A stretch of 64,000 nt of DNA, taken from contig JACQBS010000105.1 in assembly GCA_016194325.1 (NCBI GenBank), positions 9,419 to 73,418 on the forward strand. The letters are read 5' to 3'. Source of the DNA: Nitrospinota bacterium (GTDB lineage: Bacteria; Nitrospinota; Nitrospinia; UBA9942). Both the position numbers and the translations under genes were made by a program. Positions 38,176-47,865 of the stretch are shown piece by piece. Every line of letters starts with the position of its first letter. The first letter of the stretch is position 1. The notes below the pieces were generated by a model that saw nothing but the letters and a program-made list of their open reading frames with translations, did no database searches and was not told the origin of the DNA.

Positions 38176-38442
38176 TTAAACCTCCTTTAGCTCGCCTGCT
38201 GCAATGAGTCTTTTGACCTGCTCACAGTCAGGCAGATTGAGATATACACTATTGGGCATGAGTTGATATGTCTTGCCATCATGCTCAAAATGTTTGATAG
38301 TCTTGCCTACATACCTTAAATTCGGGATTCGGGGTTCGGGATTCGGGGTATCCTGAATTGGCTCCTGACTGACAGGCGGGACGCCTGTCCTACTCTCGAC
38401 TCCCGACTCCTGACTCTCGACTGTCCTATTTTTCTTTGCCAT
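38176..38442 (-). CDS. Small hypothetical phage protein with N-terminal ESQESGVESRTGV and PNPEPRIPN repeat peptides
   Basis: ORF; overlies GACTCC and ATTCGGG DNA heptad repeats. Confidence 0.3.
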   Translation of the reverse strand: MAKKNRTVESQESGVESRTGVPPVSQEPIQDTPNPEPRIPNLRYVGKTIKHFEHDGKTYQLMPNSVYLNLPDCEQVKRLIAAGELKEV

Positions 38443-38470
38443 AAAATACCTCCCTCTTACCCCCTTTATT

Positions 38471-38488
38471 CCCCCTTAATAAAGGGGG
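38471..38488. terminator. GC hairpin CCCCCTT-AATA-AAGGGGG between the head and tail modules (bidirectional intrinsic-terminator candidate)
   Basis: Perfect 7-bp stem read directly, with AT-rich flanks. Confidence 0.35.
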
Positions 38489-38527
38489 GTAGGGGGTTGT
38501 TGAATTTACTTTATAACTTTATGAACT

Positions 38528-39019
38528 TTATGAACTTTCTTCTTCCGCATACGGAAAATAAATGCTCGCCTCAAAGCTCTCCTCATACAGATAAGGCTTT
38601 TCGCCTTCTTTTTCATTTTTAAAAAACTGCCCCCCTGGTTTTCTTTTACCATTAATTGAGATATATCCTGTGCTTAAAAGAATTGAAAAGGGCTTATAAA
38701 AAAACTTATTAACCTTAAAAGAAGCCTCGATACACTTATTCAAAAACAGATCGGGTCCATCACCAGAGGCAGCAAGTGTTACAAGGGCATCCATCCTAAC
38801 CGTATATAGTCTTCCCAGCTCATAATACCTGTCATCCTCAAAGTTAAACTCAAATCCAGTTGGTGCAAGTATCCTCAGGTGCGGCTCTTTAAGCTCTACC
38901 GGCTGCGGCTCAACGAGAGTCTGGATACCTGTTTTCTTTTCCATCTCCTCTGCAAAGAGCCTTAAGATTTCGCTGTAGCTCCACTCTGTTACACTGCCCG
39001 GATGTTTTGGTTCAGCCAT
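38528..39019 (-). CDS. Hypothetical phage head-tail joining region protein
   Basis: ORF only. Confidence 0.3.
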   Translation of the reverse strand: MAEPKHPGSVTEWSYSEILRLFAEEMEKKTGIQTLVEPQPVELKEPHLRILAPTGFEFNFEDDRYYELGRLYTVRMDALVTLAASGDGPDLFLNKCIEASFKVNKFFYKPFSILLSTGYISINGKRKPGGQFFKNEKEGEKPYLYEESFEASIYFPYAEEESS

Positions 39020-39609
39020 GAATCCACCTTTTGTGAGATTACTTTCCTGTCAAGCGAATCAATATTCAAAAACCGCCTTTTCGGTATCTCAACGGAGTTC
39101 TTCAGTATAAATAAGACAAAGGGCTTTCCCTTTTTGCCTTTCTCTGCAGCCATCATTGCCTTACCACTCTTTGACCTCCAGACACCGTATCCCGCCTTCT
39201 TCATTCCTTCTATGCACTTACCCGGTGTCAATCCGAATTTTCGCATCATCTGTCTTGTCTTCCATCCAGCAGGGATGTAGAGCTTATTTGCTTTTTTAGG
39301 CACGATTTTTCCACCAAGCTGCTGTAGCCTTCCGTATAGAACATTCGTGCCGATAGTAACACTTTGTGCATCCGCTTTATGGTCAATAGAAGACATGAGT
39401 CTTCCAGTATCTCTCAATGCAAGCCCGCCTTTTTTCCATGCCCTTGTAAGTGGTGAGTTTTCGGGTTGAATGCCTTCCTTAATCTTCCTCTGTGTAGAGG
39501 AGACCATGTATTCACCAATCTCATCCATCAAAGGCTTCATATTAGAGAGCCTCTTTGGAATCTCTTTGAGTCTTGCAAGGTCTTTTAGGTCAATCTTTAT
39601 TGATACCAT
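38989..39609 (-). CDS. Phage virion morphogenesis protein (Mu gpG-like)
   Basis: The RKIKEGIQPENSPLTRAWKKG ... VTIGTNVLYGRLQQLGG pattern resembles the Mu G / virion morphogenesis family. Confidence 0.5.
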   Translation of the reverse strand: MVSIKIDLKDLARLKEIPKRLSNMKPLMDEIGEYMVSSTQRKIKEGIQPENSPLTRAWKKGGLALRDTGRLMSSIDHKADAQSVTIGTNVLYGRLQQLGGKIVPKKANKLYIPAGWKTRQMMRKFGLTPGKCIEGMKKAGYGVWRSKSGKAMMAAEKGKKGKPFVLFILKNSVEIPKRRFLNIDSLDRKVISQKVDSWLNQNIRAV

Positions 39610-39641
39610 CCTCGTCCCTTCCTGCTGCCTACTGCCTACTT

Positions 39642-40040
39642 TTATTTATATCCCTTCCAGTTATCACTCCCCGGTTCTACATGCACCACAGGATCACCTA
39701 ACTCCCGACCCCCGATAGAAACATTCGGGGGCAGGCTTATGCCTTTCCCGACACAGTTGCCATATTTACCCCTCAGTAAGTCAAAGGCATCCTTTTTCTT
39801 ATCTGCTGCAATCGCTTCATTCTCCGCATAGCTGTATAACTCGTAGAGGGAAAGCTTTATCAGAGCCGCCCTGTCAATATCATCCGTCCAATCCGGCTCC
39901 ACCCCGCAGCTCCTCAAAGCTGCCTTTATCGCTAATGCAGCATTTTGGATACATCTCTCTGCAACCGCATCATCCCCGTTGACAAGGGTTTGATAATTGT
40001 ATTCTTTTATCTCCAGCTTTAAATCCGCAACGGTCACCAT
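39642..40040 (-). CDS. Hypothetical head completion protein (Mu gp36/DUF1320-like?)
   Basis: Size and position after the capsid gene. Confidence 0.3.
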   Translation of the reverse strand: MVTVADLKLEIKEYNYQTLVNGDDAVAERCIQNAALAIKAALRSCGVEPDWTDDIDRAALIKLSLYELYSYAENEAIAADKKKDAFDLLRGKYGNCVGKGISLPPNVSIGGRELGDPVVHVEPGSDNWKGYK

Positions 40041-40162
40041 AAAGCGGTTGGCAATGACATCTTAAAATCGTTTTAAATGCCTTTATAAAGCTTTATAAAC
40101 TATGTAAAAGTTTTAAAAGGCTACTCCCCCCCCCTCAATAAAAGGAGAGGGAGAGATAAAGG

Positions 40163-41149
40163 CTATATTACCTGGCTCCAGCATATTCCCTTTGGAATTG
40201 ACACGGGTAAAGGTTTGCTCTTACCCACAACCTCTATACCTGATGGATTCTTCTTTCTTTCAGGCGATGCATAGAATGGCATGGGGAGCAGCCCTGCATC
40301 TATATCATCCAATGCACAATAGTAGAGTGAGAATGGCGCATCGAGGGCAACCGCACAGAGCTTGTTTGATGGAATCACATTGCTAATTGTCCCATCAGAT
40401 GGGTTCTCATATACCCCTGCAAAAAGCTCGATGGTGAATCCTGCTATAGTTATACCCTTCTCTGTAATCTGTGCATTGATGGTTCCCCTGTCAGAAAGGG
40501 TAATTACCTTATTTGCAACTGCTACAAATACATCTGATCCGACAAGATAGGCTATGTCCGAGCCATATCCGTTCTGGTTTAAGAGCTTGTTTATCTCAAT
40601 AATGTCCTTCAATATCTCTCCGAGTGTCTTATCCGCTGCATTCCAGAGTTTTGTCGGGACAAATTCAAGGGTTGCACCGAAATCAACCGAATATATGTCA
40701 TAGCCGCCCGATGTTTTCATTGGATATGAGATAGAGCCTGCAAGACTCTGACCTGCTATTGCCTCTGTGGTCTTTCTTATAGACTGTCTTAAGTCATCAA
40801 TCTTGCCTGCGACGTACTGCTCGATACCTTTATCATCGAGGAGCTTCAAATTGTTAAGCTCCACCCCGCCAATAAAGGTAGAAACCTCAACAGGCTGAGG
40901 CTCGAGATAGGTTATCTGCCTCTCCCCTGTGTTAATGGAAACTGCAGGACTCCCACGCCGCACAACAGGGACATTCTTGATAACCTTACTGATTACATCT
41001 ATCCCCAGCACAGGCAGCGGATGCTGCCTCCTCTTGCTCTCAGGGTATATCCTATCAAGCACAGGGGATGTAAGCAGTGGAAGCTGCTGTAGGCTCTCTG
41101 CTACTGCCTTTGGTGTGAAATACTTTCTTAAATCAATTTCAAACGGCAT
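40163..41149 (-). CDS. Major capsid protein (Mu gpT-like)
   Basis: 328 aa; follows the protease/scaffold gene as in the Mu head module. Confidence 0.55.
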   Translation of the reverse strand: MPFEIDLRKYFTPKAVAESLQQLPLLTSPVLDRIYPESKRRQHPLPVLGIDVISKVIKNVPVVRRGSPAVSINTGERQITYLEPQPVEVSTFIGGVELNNLKLLDDKGIEQYVAGKIDDLRQSIRKTTEAIAGQSLAGSISYPMKTSGGYDIYSVDFGATLEFVPTKLWNAADKTLGEILKDIIEINKLLNQNGYGSDIAYLVGSDVFVAVANKVITLSDRGTINAQITEKGITIAGFTIELFAGVYENPSDGTISNVIPSNKLCAVALDAPFSLYYCALDDIDAGLLPMPFYASPERKKNPSGIEVVGKSKPLPVSIPKGICWSQVI

Positions 41150-41163
41150 AATTTATCCCTCCT

Positions 41164-41517
41164 TTAAATGGCAAAAATGCCTGCATCTTCAAGTTTTGTC
41201 AGGTCGGATGCAGATGGTGCAGCAGTACCGACCAGCAGGCTGCTCTTTACTGTAGTTCCATGCCTTAACACATTGCCTACCGTCTCCTTTGTGGAATCCA
41301 CCTTCATAGTCAATACACCAACAGGTGTATTAAGTGGAGATGCGCCTGCAGAGTCATAGGAAACAATATCCCCATTACCATCCTTTGCCACAATCAAACC
41401 TACTGCAAGCTCACCCTGGTTTGCCTTCACCTTCATGGTGAGAATTACTGCTGGATGTGTGGCATCCACAACCTGTTTTTCTGTAAAACTCTGTGCCCCT
41501 AATTTTGCATCAAACAT
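41164..41517 (-). CDS. Head decoration / scaffold-associated protein (putative)
   Basis: 117 aa between the protease and capsid genes. Confidence 0.3.
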   Translation of the reverse strand: MFDAKLGAQSFTEKQVVDATHPAVILTMKVKANQGELAVGLIVAKDGNGDIVSYDSAGASPLNTPVGVLTMKVDSTKETVGNVLRHGTTVKSSLLVGTAAPSASDLTKLEDAGIFAI

Positions 41518-41559
41518 CTTAAACCTCCTTTACCCCTCGCATATAATTTATGTGAGGAG

Positions 41560-42369
41560 TTATACATTTTTCACAAGGCTTGCGTAGTTAATCTCTTTCC
41601 CCTTATCAGCATCACCCATCTCCATTTCACCGGGTTTTACCGGCAGCGGGATTGACTTGAATATTTCTGTGAGCAAATCAATTGCAGAAACCTTTTTCTT
41701 GCTGCCGGTGTCATCGCTGAGCTCAATGGAATCCTCAACTGGAAGATTATCTGCAAGCTCCATCACAAGACTGCGTTTTGCCTCCGGGACTTTTCCTGTA
41801 ATTGCAGACTTCAGGGCTTCTTTTTTAATCTCTCTCATCCTCTCCGCCATTGCAGTTAGCTTATCTTCATAAGGCTTTATTGCATCAGCAAGCTCCTGTG
41901 AATCCTTTTTTTCAGGCATATTCTTCACCTCCTTTTTATCTTTATCTGTATCCTGCTCTCCAAATGTCCATATCTCCTTAACATCTGACATATTAATGAT
42001 TTTACTATCCATGATTTTCAGGTCTTTAATCTTAGGCGGGGTAGCTCCAAGGAATGCTAAATGATGAAGGTATCTTTTATTATCCGATGCCCTTCTTTCA
42101 ATGCCTACAGACCATTTCTTGTAGAATCCCTGCTCATAGGCATCTTTGAGTAAATCTGAAAGCTCCACATTGCCGTAGAGGATTTTTTCAGGCACAGAAT
42201 ATTCGACCGATTTCACCCACCCAAAGGCAGGCATAAAATCGGCGAGATTGTGTCCAAGTGTTACCGGGACATCTCCTTCGAAGGTCTCTACTGCATCCGT
42301 GAGATCCTTTTCTGTTACAATTGTCCCGTCTATTCCAAACTTACCCGTCTTTGCGAGTTGAAGCTTCAT
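41560..42369 (-). CDS. Mu gpI-like head maturation protease/scaffold
   Basis: N-terminal VPVTLGHNLADFMPAFGWVKSVEY block typical of Mu I-type proteases; acidic C-terminal tail. Confidence 0.5.
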   Translation of the reverse strand: MKLQLAKTGKFGIDGTIVTEKDLTDAVETFEGDVPVTLGHNLADFMPAFGWVKSVEYSVPEKILYGNVELSDLLKDAYEQGFYKKWSVGIERRASDNKRYLHHLAFLGATPPKIKDLKIMDSKIINMSDVKEIWTFGEQDTDKDKKEVKNMPEKKDSQELADAIKPYEDKLTAMAERMREIKKEALKSAITGKVPEAKRSLVMELADNLPVEDSIELSDDTGSKKKVSAIDLLTEIFKSIPLPVKPGEMEMGDADKGKEINYASLVKNV

Positions 42370-42372
42370 AAA

Positions 42373-42612
42373 TCACCTCATATTAAATTCAAAGGTTTTT
42401 ATCTCTGCATCGAGGTTATCGTGTCTCTCTTTAATCCCGACGAGAGATTCGATCTCTTTTTGGAGCTGAAGGATTCTCATTTTGTCTTCACTCCAACCCT
42501 GTGTAGAAACCATTGCGGTTATTATCTCCTCTACCTTTCTAAGAGAATCCGAGAGAGAGAAAAGGAGTTCTTTCTTTTTCTCGATAAATCCTTTCTGTTC
42601 AAGTTTATTCAT
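42373..42612 (-). CDS. Small coiled-coil phage protein
   Basis: ORF only. Confidence 0.3.
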   Translation of the reverse strand: MNKLEQKGFIEKKKELLFSLSDSLRKVEEIITAMVSTQGWSEDKMRILQLQKEIESLVGIKERHDNLDAEIKTFEFNMR

Positions 42613-42673
42613 GTGAAGAATTTATCAGAAATTTTAAAAGGGTGTTGTAAATACAGCTAAAATGTAAAATTTA

Positions 42674-43522
42674 TTAATTCAATGAGAAATCTTTTAATTT
42701 TAATTTTTTTGCCAGTCTTTCTATCTCGTCAATCACTCCAAATTCTCTTGCCCTCTTTTTCATCTCAGGCGTCAGTTTGTAAAAAGAGCCTGTATCAATG
42801 GGATTCCCGCCAAAGCCCTTTTGAGCCTTGTATTTTCTGGTATCTTTTAAATCTTCTGTCACCTTCAGTCCTGATATTTCAAACTCCTCCTTATGAACTC
42901 CCCTTATTGTTGAGCGACATGCAAAATGTAACGGAGGCCAGTTTGAAGACCAGAATGGATCATCCGACGGCTTTATTATCCCTGACCTTGCCTGACAGAT
43001 TTGAGTCTGACGACTATCGGTAATGCCTATAAACTCATAGTATGGCGGGGGATTCTCCTTAAACTGCATTGCCCTGCCGGCGTTGTATGATGTCTGAATA
43101 TTTGTTCTGAAGACCGTTTCCCAGTACCACGGATTCGATTTATGGAATCCTGACTTTTGCAGCAGCTCATCTTTTCCGCCCTCATCCCAGAATTGACTAA
43201 GTGTCTTACCTTCTTTAAGCACATCCGCAAGCCTTTCACGGATATTGTCTATTGCATCGAGTTGTGTAAGTCTTGCGACTGTGAATGCCCTGAAACGCAG
43301 CTTACTCTCAAGGTCATAGAATATTATTGCCGATAATGTAATATGACCCTTCATAAAGTTAATTGCCTCTTCAAAGGCAAGAGGCTCAGGTAAAATCTCT
43401 GCAAGCTGAATCTTCGATTCCGCATGATCCATCCCAAGAAGAAATGAAAATAAAATGGCATCTCTTGTCTTTTTTACAAGGGCCTCTGATGCTGGAATTT
43501 GTAAAGCCTTATCCTGTAACAA
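42674..43522 (-). CDS. Mu F-like head morphogenesis protein (minor head protein)
   Basis: 282 aa directly downstream of the portal gene, as in the Mu gp29-gp30 pair. Confidence 0.6.
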   Translation of the reverse strand: MLQDKALQIPASEALVKKTRDAILFSFLLGMDHAESKIQLAEILPEPLAFEEAINFMKGHITLSAIIFYDLESKLRFRAFTVARLTQLDAIDNIRERLADVLKEGKTLSQFWDEGGKDELLQKSGFHKSNPWYWETVFRTNIQTSYNAGRAMQFKENPPPYYEFIGITDSRQTQICQARSGIIKPSDDPFWSSNWPPLHFACRSTIRGVHKEEFEISGLKVTEDLKDTRKYKAQKGFGGNPIDTGSFYKLTPEMKKRAREFGVIDEIERLAKKLKLKDFSLN

Positions 43523-43617
43523 CCTCCTTATTGTATCGAGATTAAAAATCTCATCTTCTATTTTTAAAAGTATCTCTTTATAAAACTCATCTACTGCACT
43601 ATCAAGCTCCTCTGCCT

Positions 43618-44934
43618 TTATGATTTCTTGTTTGAGATGCGGAGGGGTCTGCGAATCGGCAAAAAAAAACCGTCAGACATATTAAGGTTGGCGGCTGGTG
43701 GCTGGCGGCTTCCGCCCTTAATAAAATCAGAAGATAAGACAAACACATCCTTATCATCCGCCGGCTTCGGAATATTGTATTTTGTATAGAGGGCGCTCTT
43801 TGAAACCTCTACACCTCTATCTATTGCATCTTTCACTATCTCCCATGAGGCATATTCATCGAGGTCATACTCTAAGATAGGCTTTGGCACATCGCTGCCA
43901 AAGTTAAGCTCGGTTATCCATGCAATCAGGGTTTTATTGAGGGTATAGTTAATCTGCCGTGCATCTCCGACAGTAATACTTCTAAGTATATTCTCATGAA
44001 CCTGCCCCTGTGCCCTTGTGCCATATTTAGATTCTGCTGTGGCAAGGCTCTGCCCTGTGATTCCGTAGGATATTTGTGTATCACATGCCTCTATTAAAAC
44101 TTTGAACGCCGATAGGTCTCCTTTTATCTCGAGGGTTGTAACCTCTTTTACATTTGCCAGTGCCACTGCTGCATCGCTCTGAATACCTGAGAGCGACTCT
44201 GCTAAGTTCTTAGCCCTCTCCTTTGCCTTTTGTTCGTCATCTGTTTCAAAGATAACAAGGACAGTGGGGACTCCGAATTTCTCGGCAGCAGTAAGCCAGA
44301 ACCTCCATCCTGCCTTTTTAAACATCCAGGGCCAATAGCATTGCTTTAAGACTGAATTGCCATAGGGGTTTTCAGCCTGCGGGTTATGGCGGTGAACAAT
44401 AAATTTGTATGGCTCTTTGAGCTCCTGCCTTCCGGATGGAGTTATCAGTATCGGTGTCCCATCTGTCTTAAAATTAAACCGCTCATTTTTTCTACTCTTG
44501 AGCGATAAAGGGATCCATTTGCCATTACGAAGCTCCCAGACAACCTCCGATAGACTAAAACCAAACTCAAGTGCTGATAGTAATTCCTTCAGTTCCTGAT
44601 AGAGATTGAGACTTTTTATTGTCTTACTTACAAAATTGGCAATCTCTTTATCTCTCGGAGTCTCTCCGCCAGGCAGGACGTAAAATGGGAAATTAAGCAC
44701 CTCTGATTTTCTTATTTCGAGAAGTGAAAATATGCGGGCATCGAGGAGCATCTTCTGATAAATCTCAAGGCTCTCCCCTGTATCCTTCAGCAATTCATCA
44801 GGGTTAGGCATGAAGTCAAGAAACCTGTCCAGCTTAGCAAGAAATGGACTTATCACCTCCGCTGTCAGTATTGCTCTGTCCTTACTTACACTATTATTCC
44901 CGTCTGCCATTGTCATAGAATTTTCGATTTTCAA
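43618..44934 (-). CDS. Portal protein (Mu gp29/DUF935-like)
   Basis: 438 aa between terminase large subunit and the Mu F-like gene. Confidence 0.65.
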   Translation of the reverse strand: MKIENSMTMADGNNSVSKDRAILTAEVISPFLAKLDRFLDFMPNPDELLKDTGESLEIYQKMLLDARIFSLLEIRKSEVLNFPFYVLPGGETPRDKEIANFVSKTIKSLNLYQELKELLSALEFGFSLSEVVWELRNGKWIPLSLKSRKNERFNFKTDGTPILITPSGRQELKEPYKFIVHRHNPQAENPYGNSVLKQCYWPWMFKKAGWRFWLTAAEKFGVPTVLVIFETDDEQKAKERAKNLAESLSGIQSDAAVALANVKEVTTLEIKGDLSAFKVLIEACDTQISYGITGQSLATAESKYGTRAQGQVHENILRSITVGDARQINYTLNKTLIAWITELNFGSDVPKPILEYDLDEYASWEIVKDAIDRGVEVSKSALYTKYNIPKPADDKDVFVLSSDFIKGGSRQPPAANLNMSDGFFLPIRRPLRISNKKS

Positions 44935-44936
44935 TA

Positions 44937-44976
44937 AAATTCCTTAATTGAAAATTAGAAATTGGAAATTGGAAAT
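44937..44976. repeat. AATTCCTTAATTGAAAATTAGAAATTGGAAATTGGAAATT element in the terL-portal junction
   Basis: Shares an exact 13-mer and the GAAATT heptad run with 30793-30825. Confidence 0.55.
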
Positions 44977-46502
44977 TCCCTTCCATATCCCTTAAATATT
45001 GTCTTTGTATCCCTGTGAACACCGAGTGGTAAAACAATCGGCTCTGGTTTCTTATCGACAATTAATTCTGACACACACATCTCGATTGCATCCGGTATGT
45101 CATCATGTCCCTTCGGAAAGCTCTCGAATTGTTCAAGGCATAGCGTAAGCCCTTCCCTGAATAGCAGTATTCCAGCCTCCACAAGGGGAGAGAGCTTGCT
45201 TATTCTGAACTGCTTATTTAAGGTCTGTTTAACACAGACTATAGGCAATATAATTCCTTCTCTGAGCGCCTCCCTTAAAACCTGATTTTTGTATATCTCC
45301 TGAAATACCTGAATCTCAAAGACAATCTTTTCAGGTTTCCAGATTCTAAATTTTTCGATGATGAGCCTTATTAACTGCATATCCGAAATTTTCTCGCCGA
45401 CTGCATCGAGGACAGAAAGCATATTGCTTTCGCTTCGCCCTACCACTGCAATGGCTGAATAATCACCGGCAGCCTTGCCTGTTGCAGGCTCCACAGACAT
45501 AATCCTTTTAAATTTGCTCCAGTCAATATCAGTAAGCTTGAAAGTTTTGAACCATTCCTTTCTAAACTTCTTTTCCTCATCAGGCATTGGCTTATTTCGC
45601 CACTCTGTGGCAAAGTTCGCAGAGCCAATATCAATCTCCTTTTCCTTGAGTTCTTCAAGTGTCCATTTCTCGGACCACAACGGATTTCCATCAGGTAGAT
45701 ATACATCAAACTTGAGGGCTGCCCATTTCTGTAATTTCTCTCCAGTTGCAATTTCTTTAAGCAAGCTGCTGGGCAAATCATCTGGATGCATTATCGTATT
45801 GACTATAATAATGAGGGCATTTTTTCCCAAGTTCATTATGACCCTCTTAAACCAGCGATACAGTTTTTCTCGTGATATCTTGCTTTCAACCTCATCCTCT
45901 TTGAGAAGATCATCACACACGATATGCGTGGGTCTACGATACTTATCTTTAATCCCCCTGATTCCCTCTCTTGCACCTAATGCAGCAATAGCATTACCAT
46001 TTTTAAGGACGACCTTATTTGCTCCCCATTTTTTACCCCTTTCCTTTTGAAAACCAAAGTCAGAAAGTATTCGTTCGTTGTTTTCAAGCTCAAGTTTTAT
46101 AGATGCAAGGAATTCGGTAGCCCTTGTCCTGTTTACCCCGACAATTACAGGGAATACATCTTCTTTTGTCAGGGCAAGCCACAGCGGAAAGGCTTGCGAC
46201 ATCCTTGTTGATTTACCGTGCTCACGAGGCTCAATATCGAGGAGACCTTCAAGTGTTTCGACTTCCTTGATATACACATGGTCTTCAGGGTAAATAAACC
46301 TTTGTAGTTTTTTGATGATGACTGAGGTGATGCTTCGAGAGTTTATGACATCTACAATTGCCCTCTGATATTCCCCAAATTCAGTAGTAAACGCCTCTGA
46401 CAAATAATAGGAACAGAAAAAGGCAAAATCTTTCTCCGCCCTCTTTTTCCTTTTCTCCTTTTCTATATCAACATCTCCAATAAGCTCTTTCAGTATGTTC
46501 AT
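44955..46502 (-). CDS. Terminase large subunit
   Basis: 515 aa with an N-terminal ATPase and a C-terminal nuclease-type domain; upstream of the portal gene. Confidence 0.7.
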   Translation of the reverse strand: MNILKELIGDVDIEKEKRKKRAEKDFAFFCSYYLSEAFTTEFGEYQRAIVDVINSRSITSVIIKKLQRFIYPEDHVYIKEVETLEGLLDIEPREHGKSTRMSQAFPLWLALTKEDVFPVIVGVNRTRATEFLASIKLELENNERILSDFGFQKERGKKWGANKVVLKNGNAIAALGAREGIRGIKDKYRRPTHIVCDDLLKEDEVESKISREKLYRWFKRVIMNLGKNALIIIVNTIMHPDDLPSSLLKEIATGEKLQKWAALKFDVYLPDGNPLWSEKWTLEELKEKEIDIGSANFATEWRNKPMPDEEKKFRKEWFKTFKLTDIDWSKFKRIMSVEPATGKAAGDYSAIAVVGRSESNMLSVLDAVGEKISDMQLIRLIIEKFRIWKPEKIVFEIQVFQEIYKNQVLREALREGIILPIVCVKQTLNKQFRISKLSPLVEAGILLFREGLTLCLEQFESFPKGHDDIPDAIEMCVSELIVDKKPEPIVLPLGVHRDTKTIFKGYGREFPISNF

Positions 46503-47017
46503 TGTTCAACCTTTAACCTTTCGATAATATCCACAAGTCTCTGCTTTAAATCAGGCTGTTTTGAAAGCTCTAAAGAGAGCGACTGCATAATCTCCTTCTT
46601 TGCAGCCTCAAATCCTTTCTGAAAATCGAGCCTCAGTTTTGCCACCTTCACCTGTGCATCTGATAACTGCCTTACTGCCAAAACAAACTCATTCGGATTC
46701 TCAAAATTAAGCTCCTCAACAGACTTTGCAAACTCAAAGAGTTTATGTGCAAGGAGTGAGTTTGTAACTTCTATCACATCAGTATTGGGATTATCCCTCA
46801 CTGCCTCAAGCAAGACCTTCGCCTCATCGAGGCTCTTACGATATAGCTCTGCTACTTCCCTGCTGCTCTTTAATTTCCTGCGAATAGACTCTCTACTTAT
46901 GTCATACCCTTCACCCTTGAGTATAGCTTCTATCTCAATGATTGTTTTACCCTCATTGTAAAGACCGAGAATCCTCTCCACCAGTCCGTGAATATCAACC
47001 TTGCTCCGCCTTGCCAT
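46499..47017 (-). CDS. Terminase small subunit-like DNA-binding protein (Mu gp27-like)
   Basis: 172 aa with an N-terminal HTH-like segment, immediately upstream of terL; 4-nt overlap with terL. Confidence 0.45.
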   Translation of the reverse strand: MARRSKVDIHGLVERILGLYNEGKTIIEIEAILKGEGYDISRESIRRKLKSSREVAELYRKSLDEAKVLLEAVRDNPNTDVIEVTNSLLAHKLFEFAKSVEELNFENPNEFVLAVRQLSDAQVKVAKLRLDFQKGFEAAKKEIMQSLSLELSKQPDLKQRLVDIIERLKVEQ

Positions 47018-47331
47018 TATTCCTTATCCTCCAGCAATATTCCGTTGTCATTTTCAGTCCCATCAAGTAAGTCAATCCCCTTTGGTGTGATTTTATAAAA
47101 GACCTGTTCTTCATACCTGCGAACAGGGTGAGACCTCTTTATAGCCTCTACATAGCCTTTATCAGTAAGATATGAGAGTGCCTTGAGAATATATTTATCC
47201 CTATAGTCTCGATAGAATACTCCTATAATGTCAAATTCAACTACCATATTTGGATATATCTTATTTAAAAATTCAAGTATCATACCCCTCAGTGATTTAA
47301 GATGCATTTTTTTCCTCCCGGAGTTCATCAT
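47017..47331 (-). CDS. Hypothetical phage protein
   Basis: ORF only. Confidence 0.3.
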   Translation of the reverse strand: MMNSGRKKMHLKSLRGMILEFLNKIYPNMVVEFDIIGVFYRDYRDKYILKALSYLTDKGYVEAIKRSHPVRRYEEQVFYKITPKGIDLLDGTENDNGILLEDKE

Positions 47332-47596
47332 ATCTACCTTTTAGATAGAAAAACTCTTCTCTCAACTTATCTACCTTTTCAGTTAAAATCCTCAAATCTC
47401 CCCGCCACCCTGAAATATCGCTATAAAGCTCACCTTTTTGCGTATACTTCTCTGCCAGTTCGCTTTGAGTTGCGTCTATCCGTTCATGGAGCTTTGCTAT
47501 CGACTTTTCAAGCCTGATAAACAATATTGAGAGCAAAGCCACAAGGGCTATCGCTCCACCATGTTCGATAAATTTAAGGGCATGCATGATTTCCAT
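47297..47596 (-). CDS. Membrane-anchored coiled-coil protein (lysis accessory?)
   Basis: N-terminal transmembrane segment plus coiled coil. Confidence 0.3.
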   Translation of the reverse strand: MEIMHALKFIEHGGAIALVALLSILFIRLEKSIAKLHERIDATQSELAEKYTQKGELYSDISGWRGDLRILTEKVDKLREEFFYLKGRYDELREEKNAS

Positions 47597-47598
47597 TG

Positions 47599-47865
47599 TT
47601 ACCTCAATCCCTCCATGATTAGCATCATCTCCTCCTGATAACCTTTCATTAATTCAATATTCTTCAGGAGATTTTTTGCATTATCCGCATCTATGCAATA
47701 TAATCCGTCCTTTCCTATCCATCTAACTTCGTAATACTCCGGCTCTGCCGGCAGCTCAGGTATCTGAGGGTATATGTATTCAGTCCTGATCACCTGCGGT
47801 GTCGAACATCCGATTGAGCTCAAACAGAATAGGATCGTCAGCAATATCGCTATCTTTTTCACCAT
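47599..47865 (-). CDS. Outer-membrane spanin subunit candidate (lipoprotein, Rz1-like)
   Basis: Lipobox LSSIGC after a signal peptide; Pro-rich; overlaps the 3' end of the upstream i-spanin-like gene. Confidence 0.5.
   Translation of the reverse strand: MVKKIAILLTILFCLSSIGCSTPQVIRTEYIYPQIPELPAEPEYYEVRWIGKDGLYCIDADNAKNLLKNIELMKGYQEEMMLIMEGLR

Noticed and set aside
248-46050. Numerous 60-190 aa ORFs antisense to long genes (e.g. 248-493, 5779-6108, 17141-17401, 33302-33799, 45475-46050)
   Set aside because: They are embedded entirely within well-supported long ORFs on the opposite strand and have low-complexity compositions. They were treated as frame shadows.
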